A stretch of 63,964 nucleotides of DNA, counting the filler, from Reticulomyxa filosa (Eukaryota; Protista; Foraminifera): assembly GCA_000512085.1 (NCBI GenBank). It is 14 parts of 14 records of this genome, joined end to end, with 100 filler letters (N's around TTAATTAATTAA, not from the genome) between each part and the next. Parts side by side here need not be neighbours in the genome. Positions count along the whole stretch, not along the records: positions 3,535 to 22,447 come from ASPP01008623.1; positions 22,548 to 29,916 come from ASPP01008245.1; 12 more parts are not named here. One strand, 5' to 3'. The position numbers and the translations under genes are program-made. The notes beneath the pieces were generated by a model. It did no database searches. It was not told the origin of the DNA and worked only from the letters and a program-made list of their open reading frames with translations. Shown one piece after another: positions 12,435-24,044 of this stretch. Position 1 is the stretch's first letter, and the number at the start of each line of letters is the position of its first letter.

Positions 12435-13205
12435 ATGACAACGGTTAAGGATTATGAGGATCATTTATCTCAGCTTTCCGTGGAATTACAGAGTTCCAGA
12501 CAACAATTGGAGCGCCAAAGACAGAAAGTACTCTCGACATGGGTTACTCACGCACGCTGCTTCAACCGATTCCCAAAGGAAATAAATGACATGATACTAA
12601 ACGATTTTATAGATTATTCGATTTTGCTTCGCATGTACTTTGGAACCGACTCATTTTCCAACACAGCAGCAGCCAAGGTTCTTTGGATTGACGAAGAATA
12701 CGAGGTTACCGATGGTAAACTAGGGACCGATACACAATCCAAATATTTTTTCACTGGGCTATTTGATCGAAATGGGAAATTAAAACGTTTTGTAGTAAAT
12801 CAGGTAGCAAGAAATGAGGTCTTGACGTATCGAAAGTATACGTTCATATATTTTTCATGGAGATTGAGTTTATTAGAGCATGGAAATTATGTGTTGATGG
12901 ACCGAGTTCAAAATACATTGAGTCAACACCGTGTTATTGTCATTTTAAGAAGTGGGCCGGTCATATATCCATATGCCTCATTGCAGGCAGCAGAAAAGCA
13001 GTTTGAAGCAACCCCGGTTTATCAAACTGTGGTTTTGATGTATAATGATAAAATACTTAAAAAGAGAAACGATCAAAATCTATGTTGGTCGATTGCAGTT
13101 GGGAATGTTTTGGTAGAACTAATTGACAATTTCTATTCCGAGGAATTGTACAAAGGAAAAAATCTACAAAAATATTCTTTGGCAACAGTGATGAAAATTG
13201 CTTGA
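12435..13205 (+). CDS. Hypothetical intronless protein (256 aa) with N-terminal coiled coil
   Basis: Long ATG-initiated ORF of globular composition between DDX47 and BMS1. No family recognised. Confidence 0.65.
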   Translation: MTTVKDYEDHLSQLSVELQSSRQQLERQRQKVLSTWVTHARCFNRFPKEINDMILNDFIDYSILLRMYFGTDSFSNTAAAKVLWIDEEYEVTDGKLGTDTQSKYFFTGLFDRNGKLKRFVVNQVARNEVLTYRKYTFIYFSWRLSLLEHGNYVLMDRVQNTLSQHRVIVILRSGPVIYPYASLQAAEKQFEATPVYQTVVLMYNDKILKKRNDQNLCWSIAVGNVLVELIDNFYSEELYKGKNLQKYSLATVMKIA

Positions 13206-13549
13206 TGTACACATTTTATTCATTTTTTTCACAAAATAAACCCTTGTATTTGTTTATTTTGTGATGGTTTGAGAATAAATTCATTTGTGTATTCAAGTGT
13301 TTTTGGTTTTGTTTCCATAACAATAAACACCAATAATGAACGCCAACAATCCTTTTTTTTACAAGGATTGAGGTCCCAAAACTTAAAAAAGATTTTAATG
13401 CATCAGATTGAAGTCGCAATAAAGTACAACAAGCTAATTGATGGATCGGTTTATGAGAAATAACATCATTTTAAGACAAAATAAGAAAAAAAATCGCAAT
13501 AAAATAAAACGGTGACAGTTTTGTAATGCATGAGAGGAAAAGTGATACA

Positions 13550-16500
13550 TTATTTCTTTTGCAATCTCCATTCTTTGTGAAATTGATCTCCACGAGTTGC
13601 CTCGAATGCGTTCGATTTTTTGTGACCACGTAAGCGCTCACGAATTTGTACACGTCGACGTTTTCTGGCTTTTTCATCTTCTTCTTTTTTTTTTGAGCGT
13701 TGCTTTTTCGTACTTTTCGTTTGGTCTCTCGTTCTTTCTGTTAAAAAAAAAAACCGTGACAAGATGCGCGGAAAAACGAAACAAGCAAAATTCTTTCCCC
13801 CTACTTTGCACATTTACAAGATTACCTCAGAGCGATTAGCAACAATTTCACTTAGGCTATGAACCAATTTTTGGGCTTCTTTTGTTTCTTTGTCAGGATA
13901 TTGCATTGGGATTCTCTCCGAAGATTTGGGATCACGAAATTTTTGTCGCATGTTGAATGGCAATTGTTTCTGTATGCTGGTGGGGATTTTTAATGTATTG
14001 AACAAACGGAGTTTCTTTCTTCCGTGGCTTCGATAAACTGAATCTTCTTTGAATGCAGGTCTGGCGTTGTTTTCTGCCCTCAATTGCCCGATTGTCTTCA
14101 TTCCTTTCCATTGATCCTTAAAAGTCAACAGCAAGGATCGGACAGGGTTATAAAATTGTTGTGGGGCAATCGGGACCCAAGACTTTAAAAATATCATATC
14201 CGATTTCAACAATCGATCCTCGAAAGTGGCTCGAAAGTTACCGACTTTTCCTTCGGCCTTTTTAATACTGCCACGTACTCCACTTACTGTCTGAATTTTG
14301 GCACCAACGAATTTGGCCACCTCCAAATTGCTATTAAACATTCCTTTTACAAAGCATGTGTTACGATGGATTTCATACGGTTCTCCAATTATCTTTAATT
14401 TCTTTACGATTTTGTATGATGTGTTGCAGGACAATACTGTCCCACTGGCAGCAATGCGAAACTCTTGCTAAAAATATATAAGCATATACATCATGTGTAT
14501 ATAATAGGAACAAACAAATAGATGATAAAAAACATAAATATAAACGCAACAGAATTCGGTGAACAATCCACATAACCAATAAAACCAAATCCGGGCTGTG
14601 CAATGGGTCCATAAAAAATAGTTAAGCAATGCATGTGTTCGGGGGTATACTTAACCAAGCGCAATCGTTTTTGATTTCTGTCTTCGACACAGAACAAAGG
14701 TACGGTTTGGAAGCGCCTCCAACCCAAAGACACGACTAAGGGGTCATTGAATTTGAGCAATCGTTTGTACCATCGATGCTTTTTAATACGGCACTGAACA
14801 AAGCCAAATTCCATTTCTTGGGGCAGCAATCCACCCAGAATAACAGGGAAGCGCAAATCAAAGTTCATATCGAGTTCACTGGGGACATTTTCAAGAATAA
14901 TGCGAACATAGGTCCCAGGGATATATCCACGGAATTCGTGTTGCAAAGATTCAGGCTCATTGGCAAATTCTTGGGCATTGATTTGGATTTGCTTTTCCAT
15001 TTCTGATCGCTGCATGTCCATCCAATACTCACCTCTTCCGCTGCCTGCGAGGTTTTTTCGGTCCATCTCGTCCTCACCCAGGCCTCCTTGGCCTCTTTTT
15101 TTACCTTGACGATCTTTTTTCACATTGTTTTCGCTGCCCTTTTTTTCAAATATTTTCCTTTGCTCTGCTTCGCTCACACCAGTTTTGTCGTAGTACGACT
15201 CTTTATGGAATAATCCAGCATCGTACATGCGATCGAATTCCTCTTTTTTTTTATTTTGCTTTGATTTTGAAATGCCTTTTCTTTGTCATCCTCGTTGTCA
15301 TTGTCATTATCGTTGTCATCATCGTGATCATGATTATCTTCATTGCCATATTTTTGTCTTTTTCGCTTTGCATTATTGGATTGAGCAAATTTGATTTTAT
15401 CTTCAATTGTTATGTCATCGCTGTTTGTAATTCCCTGCTCTTTCATCATTTGCTCCAAGCGATACTCCCAATCCAATTCATCCTCTTTCACTTCGTTTTC
15501 TGGATTGTCCATTGTCACACCTCCCAAGTCTTCAATGATTTGTCGGTCTTGTTGCACTATGGGATCGAATAAATCCGGATTTCGGTTTTGTGCTCTCTTT
15601 TCAACTTCTGATTGAAATTTTTTCGCTGCGACCCAGTCCCCTGTCACAAATCGGTTGCGAATGCTCTCTGTAACCTAACAGTGAATTATTGTATTTCGTT
15701 AATTAAATGTAACAAATATACATGTATACACAGATACATATATATATGTATATAATAAACAGAAGGTTTGTCCCAAGCATCCAAAGTCATATTATGCAAT
15801 GCAGTGACGGATGAATCGACCATGTCGATTTCACTCTTTTGAATGTGCGCTTTTTGACTCGGAAGAATTCCTCGTCACTACTGTCGTTATCATTGTCACT
15901 TTCGTCATCCTTGACATCATTATTCTCATCGTTCATTTTATTTTTGTTATTTTTTTCTTCTTTTTCTCCTTCTCCATACACCCATTCAAACAAGGTCATT
16001 TTTCGTTTCCACAACTCTTGTGCATTTGCCAGTAGTTGCTGTTTCCACTTGGCATTGCTTTCGCTTACACTCTGCGATGGATTGGCTTGTTTTTGTTTGT
16101 TGTTTTTTTTGTTCGGTTGTTTTTCTTTGCTTTCGTTTGATTGTTATTTTTCCCTTGATTTTCACCGTTGGCATTATTTGTATCATTTGCAGCGTCTGCA
16201 TCATTCATACCGCTTACGTCATTTATATTACTTATATCATTCATATCATCATCGTCATCATCTCCATCGCTATCATCAGTTTGTCGGACCTCATTTTGTT
16301 CATAGTCGTACTCGTCATTATCTTTGTCATTACCAATAACTGGCCATTCATGTTCGTCCGCCTCTTGATTGGATTGAATCCATTCGTCGACATTGTTGAA
16401 CTCATATCCTTCATCTTCGTTTTCATTTTCTTCGTTATTTGCACGTGTATCGTTATTATCAAAGGAATCGCCAAAGGGATTTCCGCTCTCTCCGCTGACC

Positions 16501-18070
16501 TCATCGTCAAAGATGACTCTCCTTCTCGTTCGTGGAGGCTCTGCATCGACATCGGCATTAGCTTTAGTGAACGTGCTATTCTTATTTGCCTTTGCCGCGG
16601 CAGTCGCAGCGACTTCAAGTTGTTCACTTCGAATAGGCTTGGAATCGGCAAAGATCTGCAATGTGCTATCTTTCATTCTGTCGTCCATTGCCGCCGTGGC
16701 TTTGGACATTTGTTCAATCATCAGTTGCGCATTGCCCGTTTTGATATCGGCGTAATGGACATTTTCATCTTCGTTGGCTTGCAACTTCAATCGTTGCAAG
16801 TATTGTTTGTCACTTTCCCAGCTTTGTTTGTTTTTGTCTATCGCTTTTCTCGAGTCGTTTCGCAGTGTGATATATGCCGCATGTTTGTCAAATACAATTG
16901 GCCCAATGTTTGCCATTGGCGCGTAGATTTTGCCGCTTTTGACCAAATGCCTCATTCGTTTCTGTGGCAATGGCACAGGGTCTTCCATTTCCTCCATTTC
17001 TTTGATGAAAAAATCACCGACGCCACAAAGGTGCACATTCATAGTAGAGCGGAAGTTGCATCCTCGAATGTACCCATAAAACGCAACAGTGCGATCGATT
17101 TTGGGATTGTTTTTAACAGCCACGGGTTCTGTCAAGTCTTCGTATCGATCCACTAACATGTAGGGGTGAGTATTTCGCCATTGCAATGGACGAAACTTCA
17201 GCACCGATATGAACCGAACTAAATTGCGGATATCGGTTTTGTAATACAATTGTCCAATCTTTTTGTCAATTCCCTTTAACACGAACAGCTTCGCTCCGCT
17301 GTAAATCTCTTTCCAAAACCGGTGTTTCACATGGTATACGATACTTTGTTTTTTTTGCAACTTCACATATTTGTCCAAATGTGTCAATACTCCCATCACA
17401 CGAGGAAATCCATGCAACTTTAATTTTTTTTTTTTTTAAAAAAAATTAGTTTAAATTGCATTACATTTTTTAAAAAAAAGGAAAACGCATATTCGCATCT
17501 TTTTTTTTTTTTAAAAAAAAAGGGGTCCATCCAAGGTCAGAACGGAACTTGAGCACAATTCAAAAATTCAAAGGTTTCCATTTCAAATCCGTAAGACGCG
17601 TCGACTAAAAGCAAAGCCAAATCGCACGTCTTGGCGACGTCGATCATGGCGTTGAGTTCGTTGGGACATTCCAAAAAGGTGATTCTGCGATGATTGCTCG
17701 CCAAAATGGTCATGGGACCTCGGCAGTCTGTTAGCTTGGTCGTCGTGTAGTGCTTCACCAACGACCGGATCAACAACGACTTGCCCACTTTAGGGGGACC
17801 CACTACTGCCACATACACTGGTGGCTCGAGCATGTCTTCTGTTATTCGCTTCGGTAGCAATGCGTGATGCTTTGTGTGCTCGCGGTCCATTAGACGTTTG
17901 ATGTGTTTCCATTTACTGTTGATATTCGATTGCGTATTTGCTTTTATATTGAACGCTTCTGGCTTTGTTATCCCCAGCTTCTTATTTCTTGCTGCTTCTT
18001 TTTTTCTTTTACTTACACTGTTCCCTGGCGCGGCGTGCTTCTTGTTCTCTTGTCCGGCACTCACCGGCAT
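13550..18070 (-). CDS. BMS1: Ribosome biogenesis GTPase Bms1 (multi-exon)
   Basis: PPVYVAVVGPPKVGKSLLIRSLVK, RRITFLECPN, GFEMETFEFLN, HGFPRVMGVLTHLD, LQWRNTHPY, IRNRFVTGDW, RIKKHRWY..LKFNDPL..SLGWRRFQT, KYTPEHMHC, IQTVSGVRGSIKKA. A few homopolymer frameshifts. Confidence 0.95.
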
Positions 18071-18621
18071 TGCTCGCTTTCGTTTTTTAACCACACACAA
18101 CACTTATCCAGTCACACTGTTACACGTCAGTCACACAAAATATATCACTTCCACCAACCCTTTTCTTACCTTCGGTGTATATGACATTGTGTTGTTTTAT
18201 ATATTTCCAATGTGAAGGAATTGTAAATGGATTTTTTTACCAATTTCAGATATTCAACTTTTTAAGTTGGGGGCTCACTCGGCTATTTTGACACCAACCT
18301 TTTTCAAAACAATATTATTTTACAAAGCAGACACAAAACATGTAAAGTTAAGCGGTCTTCTAAAATTGTATGAAAGAACGTCTTTATTTAAGTTGTGCAA
18401 TCACAATTTCTACTCTTCTTTCGGCGCAAAAGTGCCACTGTGAGATCTGTTTTTGCACTTTACGCAGCAACAGAAAGACAAAGAAGAAAAAAAGAGTTTC
18501 TGCCACTCCTTTTCCAAGAGTTTTGGTTTTTTCGTGTCGGAACCAGAAATTTTCCGAATTTGGAATCTGCGTAGTGCTTTTTTTTGTACTATTGTGAGTT
18601 ATTATTTGCATCCCCTTAGTG

Positions 18622-21600
18622 ATGTCGATGCAGCAACCAGGTTGGCGAGGCGGTGGTTTCCAAAACAACTACCAAACCTCTCACTTTGACAACGGGAGAT
18701 CTCACAAGTTCCAAGGTAAAGCGGACATCAATAATTTTGTTTTTTTTTACGTGAAATGATTGCTACCACAAAAAAAATAATGAAAAAAAATTTCACCACC
18801 TACAAAATCGCATCATTTTTATTAAAAAAAAAGAACAACCAGGCGGAGGACGTCCAATGGTCCCTTCCCAAGACCAAGGATTGGCATACAATCAAGGTGG
18901 TCGAATCCAAGCCCAAGGACAGCAACCATTGATGAACATCTCAGCAAGCAGTGGTCAGGAAACAGGCCTACCAACGACGCATTTGTACGCGCAACATTCA
19001 CACCAGCCACAGCATCAACTCCAATATCAACAACACCCACACCACGCACAACATCAACAACACCAACATTCGCACCAGCACCCACATCAACACCAGCATC
19101 AGCACGCGCACCCCCACGCCCACCCACACCAGCAACAACAACAACAACAACAGCAACATGCGCAAAATGTCGCTCACGGCTACGGTGGCCATTCCTCATT
19201 GCCCACGAAAGCCGTGTCGTCCGCAAGCGTGCAGACCAACACCTCGTCGATGTCTGGAGGATACCTGTCACAGGTGCAAAGTCATGGAGGCTCGGGCATT
19301 ATAACGAACCCACAGTTGAGTACCGACGTGACCAGCAGCGGCGCTCAAGGACAGTCACTCGAAACCAGTGGCAGAAACACCATTGCCAGCAATGAAGAAA
19401 CCTTGAAATCGGACAGTCTGAACACAAATCGGGATGTGACCCTGACAGCCGGTGCTGCAACCAATAGCGGGGACGATGTCGGCCCAACCGGTCAAGACGC
19501 ACCTTCGACCTTTGATAAACAACGCAAGCTTTCACCTGCTGTTTTTACCGCCCAGGAATTACAATGGCGTGGCACTTGCTACGAAGTCAAATGCGATGAA
19601 ACTTTCGCTGTTTACCAAGTTTCGATTTTTTACTTTCACAATTGCGCGTATTGCATATATACATGGCTTTGTTTTATTGTATGGGTATGAAACTACAAAC
19701 GATTTTTTTTTAAAAAAAAAAGGGATATGTCGTCGACTATGTCCCCGCCGGTGCGATCGTACAATATGAGTTAATTGTGTTTAAAAGTGAAATTTGCAAA
19801 CTCGTAACAAAGTGTGTAACTTGCACAACAAAAAAAAACAGAAATGGATGGAAGCCGGTAAGCACAGTGCCAATGGACTACATTCGACGAGTAGCGCCTG
19901 AGACGAATTACTCAACATGGCGTCCAAGAGAAGGAGCTCACATTGAAGTATGTCGAACGTTTCATTTTTAAATCAAACGACAACCTATAATAATACTTTG
20001 TTTGTCGTTATGCATGTGAACAACAGGTAAAAGCAAAAGCTGAGGAATCAGAACCATTTGGATGGTGGGGTGCCTCTGTAGTAATGGTGAAAGACAACGT
20101 AAGTACTCTCTTTGCTGTTTCTACTTTACGTCCTTTTCATGACATACGATGATTGTTGTTTTTTTTGTTATGTGAAGTTATACAAGATCCGATTTGACGG
20201 TTGGGGAGAAAATCATGACCAAATTTTAGATTTGGAAATGATTCGTCCATACAATAACGCGTTAGTTGTCTTTTTTTTTTTTTGGTTGAGAAATGAAAAA
20301 GAATCGTATGTTTGTCGAACAATTTCTTAAAAATTAGACCATGGTTTTCACCATCGGGCACTGAACGACTGCCAGAAAAAGTTCCTGAAGAAATGATCCA
20401 GTATTGCAAAGTGAAGAATGCGAAATGCAAATTTACGGATAATTTCAAATTGATCCGTGAAAGAATTGGATTATTCCATTTGGGATTGGGTCCTCGATGT
20501 GATGAAGTGTTGATTGTTGGAACGCGTAAACAATGTATCATGGCAAAACAACTTTTGAAATATTTGTGGGACTTGGAAATTCAATCCATTGATGAAGAAA
20601 AAAAGCTGATCGAAGACGAAAAGCAAGCACGAGATGAATATGAAATATTGAAAAAATGCCACAAATTGGAATTTGAATTTGACAAGAGCTTGACCAAACA
20701 TGTCATTGGAAGCAAACGAAGCTATGTTAGCAAAGCCGAGCAACTCGGAGGAGTCAGACATGTGTCTGTTACTGATGGTCATTGTGCCATCTTTGCCGAT
20801 ACTATCGAAGCCGCTGAAGCTGCACGAGAATTGCTGGAATTGAGCATGGACACAATTGATATCCCATTTGAATGCAAACGTAATTTAATTGGTGAAGGAG
20901 GTCAAAACATCTCCAATTTGCAAAAGGAATCAGGCGTCATGTTGATTAGTACATGGGATCATTATTGTGAAAGGTATTTTTTTTTTTTGTAAATATTTCC
21001 CTAGCAAAGACACTCTCTTATCTGTCGTATTTGTATGTGTTCATACATTTTTTTATTATCAAAGTGCGAAAATTCCTTTTGATCCAAGCGAAGTACCTGA
21101 TGGAAAGGTGCGCATGGTGATATTCGGACCAAAGGAACATGTCGCTCAAGCAAAAGCATTGATCGAAAATGATGTTCAAGCAACATTGGAAAAATTGGAT
21201 ATGCGTCGACGAGAAATGAGAGCGGACAGAGAATTGAGACAACGATCTTCTTATTCGCAACAAGGACGCTACGAATCATATTATGATCAAGACAACGAAA
21301 ATGGAAGAGACACTGAAGATACCTCAACAGAGCAACGTAAGCGCAGACGCGGAGGTGGAGATCGTGGAGATAGAGGGGATCGTGGAGATAGAGGGGATCG
21401 TGGAGATCGAGGAGATCGAGGAGATCGAGGATATCGTGGCCGAAGTGGACAACCTCGTGGTCCTGGTCGTGGTCGTGATAATCGAAGAAGAAATGATTAC
21501 GACCGAGGTTACGAACGAAAAGAAGACAATGATGCAAATGAAGAAAAACACAACGATACTCAAAATACTTATGCCCAGGAATGGGAGGAACGCAATGAAG

Positions 21601-21957
21601 ATGAGACCCAAGAACGCAACGAAACCAATGAAAACGCAGAAGCAAACCAATATGGAGACGATTTAGACGCTGATGCTGGCAGATATGATGACCAAAATGC
21701 TGCAGATAACTTTTCTGAAGAGGAGAGAGACAACTATGACTACGATTATGATGATCAATATTCAAGAGAAGACAGTGGACGTCAACCCAGACAAAGCCGA
21801 AAAAATCGCAAACCTCAACCGTTTTATGTTCAAGTTTAGTTTTTTTTTTCATTCTGTCCCTTTCTATTGTTTTATAATTGTTTTGGTTTTTAATGGTGCT
21901 TAGAAGGGAAGCAGACCTCAATCGTCAGGTGATGCAAACGCTGATCAAACCAATTAA
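18622..21957 (+). CDS. FMR1: Fragile-X family (FMR1/FXR-like) RNA-binding protein: Q/H-rich N-terminus, tandem Agenet/Tudor, KH0, KH1, KH2, RG-rich tail
   Basis: Spliced model gives YEVKCDETFAVYQGYVVD..VQYENGWKP..VPMDYIR, IEVKAKAEESEPFGWWGASVVMVKD..YKIRFDGWGENHDQILDLEMIRPYN, VPEEMIQYC, VIGSKRSYVSKAEQLGGV..AARELLE, LIGEGGQNISNLQKESGV and VIFGPKEHVAQAKALIE..RADRELRQ. These are colinear with remembered FMRP motifs. The symbol denotes family, not proven orthology. Confidence 0.85.
21357..21430 (+). repeat. Coding 9-bp tandem repeat encoding about 8 Gly-Asp-Arg units
   Basis: ggagatcgt/ggagataga/ggggatcgt units inside ORF 20967..21839. Confidence 0.9.
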
Positions 21958-22580
21958 TATTTGAAAACTGCTGTGCAAAAAAACCTTAACTTTTTTCCAA
22001 AATATGAAACCTAGTGAGGTTTGAATTTGTTTTATTCTGTTTTTTTGCTACTTTATGACCTTGAATCAAGGATGTTCTTCGGCAAAATCATCAATACTCA
22101 TAAAACGTGCAATCCTTTTAAACTTTTTCCTTTGTGGAAATGTTTTTCTCGTGCATCTACCTTAACAATACAATGATTTAAAAACTGTCTCCCTTTAAGA
22201 ACAAATAGTTTTTTTCTCTAACGCTTTTAATATTATGCTAGTGAATCTGTACTTACTGAATTTTTTGTAAGGATATCGAATTTTATGTAAAAATAGAAAC
22301 AAGCATTCATGTACCTCACCCCCGTTACCCTCACATACACAAAAGTGTAGTATATATAAATGAATTATCAAAGATACACTTAAATTTATTGCATTATTGC
22401 CGCTGTAGGGCAAGTCCCTATTATGAGTATCTGAACGTCAAGGGAACNNNNNNNNNNNNNNNNNNNNNNNNNNNNNNNNNNNNNNNNNNNNTTAATTAAT
22501 TAANNNNNNNNNNNNNNNNNNNNNNNNNNNNNNNNNNNNNNNNNNNNACCTCCTCGTCAATTTAAATATTATCGATTTAG

Positions 22581-24044
22581 GCTTTCATGCAATTGGAACC
22601 GATGCTTTTTTTGAAAAAGTCAATGCAATTGTACTCGTTTGCGATGTCACAGATGCGTCCTCATTGGAACAATTGCTATTTAAGTTTTGTGCTATCTAAC
22701 AATATACATATATTTGTACGTGTGCATATGTATATTATATATACATATATACATATTATATACATATTATATACATATATTTTTGTATATGTTATGTAAG
22801 AATAAGAAAAAATAATAACACAGATTTCAAGATTTCATGGGCAAAATCCCCTTAGTACGAAAGCGTCGGGCGTCTTCTGTAATAAGTGAGCCTCCTCGAA
22901 ACATTGGGGCTAATCACAACAGCAACGGTCACAATAGCAGTGACCAGCCATTTATTCCAGTGATTATCGCGGCAAATAAATGCGAACAAAAGAGTCAACG
23001 TGTGATATCTCACGAGCAAATCCAACAATTTGTGGAGACCAAACTTCGTCCGATCATTGATCGACGGTTCCTGGAAGATTCCACAGTCAATAATCACGTA
23101 CATATTAACTCGGCCAATGCGACAAACACACTTGCTGACTCGACTTACAAGTCCACAGAATGGAATGGAGCGGATGATAACTTGCTCGTCCCTTTACAAC
23201 AAACTATTAGTATAAATACTTCTGATCATATTGCATCCACGAATGCTGCTGTAAATTCACCCAAGCATCGTTTCAATAACGTCGATTTTGGTCGTTCAAT
23301 TACGCCTGGACTGAAATCTAGGCCTTTGAGTCTCTCCAATATTTATGGACATGATATGGAGCCACTGCGTCTTCACTCGGCTCGATCTTCTCCGAATGCT
23401 GGTAGCATACGACGGCGCGACAATGGAGTGCTGTGGAATGCTCCATCTCTCAATGTTTTGCACACACAAAAAGACACCAAATGGAGTGATGATGATGATC
23501 ATTTGGATGATCCTACCAAACATTCCTTCAACAAGAAAACCAAATGGCAATCTCTTATTAATGATAAGAAACATCACATAGCACATGCAAATACAGAAAT
23601 CATAACCACAAATATCCTCACTGATGACGATTTCAATCAACACTTACCCCAAAATGATGATGCATCCACTGACCCTGTTTCTGTCAGTATTGTTGAATGC
23701 AGCGCCGCAACAGGAAGAAACGTCGACAGAGTATTTGAAAAATGTGTCCATAAAGTTAAGGCCAATATATTTTTAAATTGATTTCGAAAGTCGGAAGGAC
23801 AATATAAAACTGTTAATAGATTTTGCCTTCACGACTCAGCGCAACAGGACACAAAAGAAGAAAGACCACAACATTAGTAACAGCGCCTATATGGCTGAGA
23901 CAGATTGTTGACACATTCATAGACTCAGAACAAGAAGAAGAAGACGACGAAGAAGAAATGTCGGTTAGAGGGATTCCGTTTTTGAGGATGACCATTATTT
24001 CGAATTGGACGACAATGTGTCACCTTTGGCATCTCTTTCAATGA
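22581..24044 (+). CDS. Atypical Ras-superfamily (Rab-like) small GTPase, 5' end missing, large insertion between G4 and G5
   Basis: Exon 22581-22683 reads FHAIGTDAFFEKVNAIVLVCDVTDASSLEQL. Exon 22824-23754 contains PVIIAANKCE..QRVISHEQIQQFVE and IVECSAATGRNVDRVFE. Last exon 23820-24044. Intron phases are consistent. Confidence 0.75.

Noticed and set aside
16020-17156. Long antisense ORFs (e.g. 16020-17156 +, 21001-21921 -, 28909-29712 +, 52848-53108) with poly-Ile/Val/Phe content
   Set aside because: They are shadow frames of low-complexity Asp/Asn/Glu-rich coding sequence on the other strand or frame.
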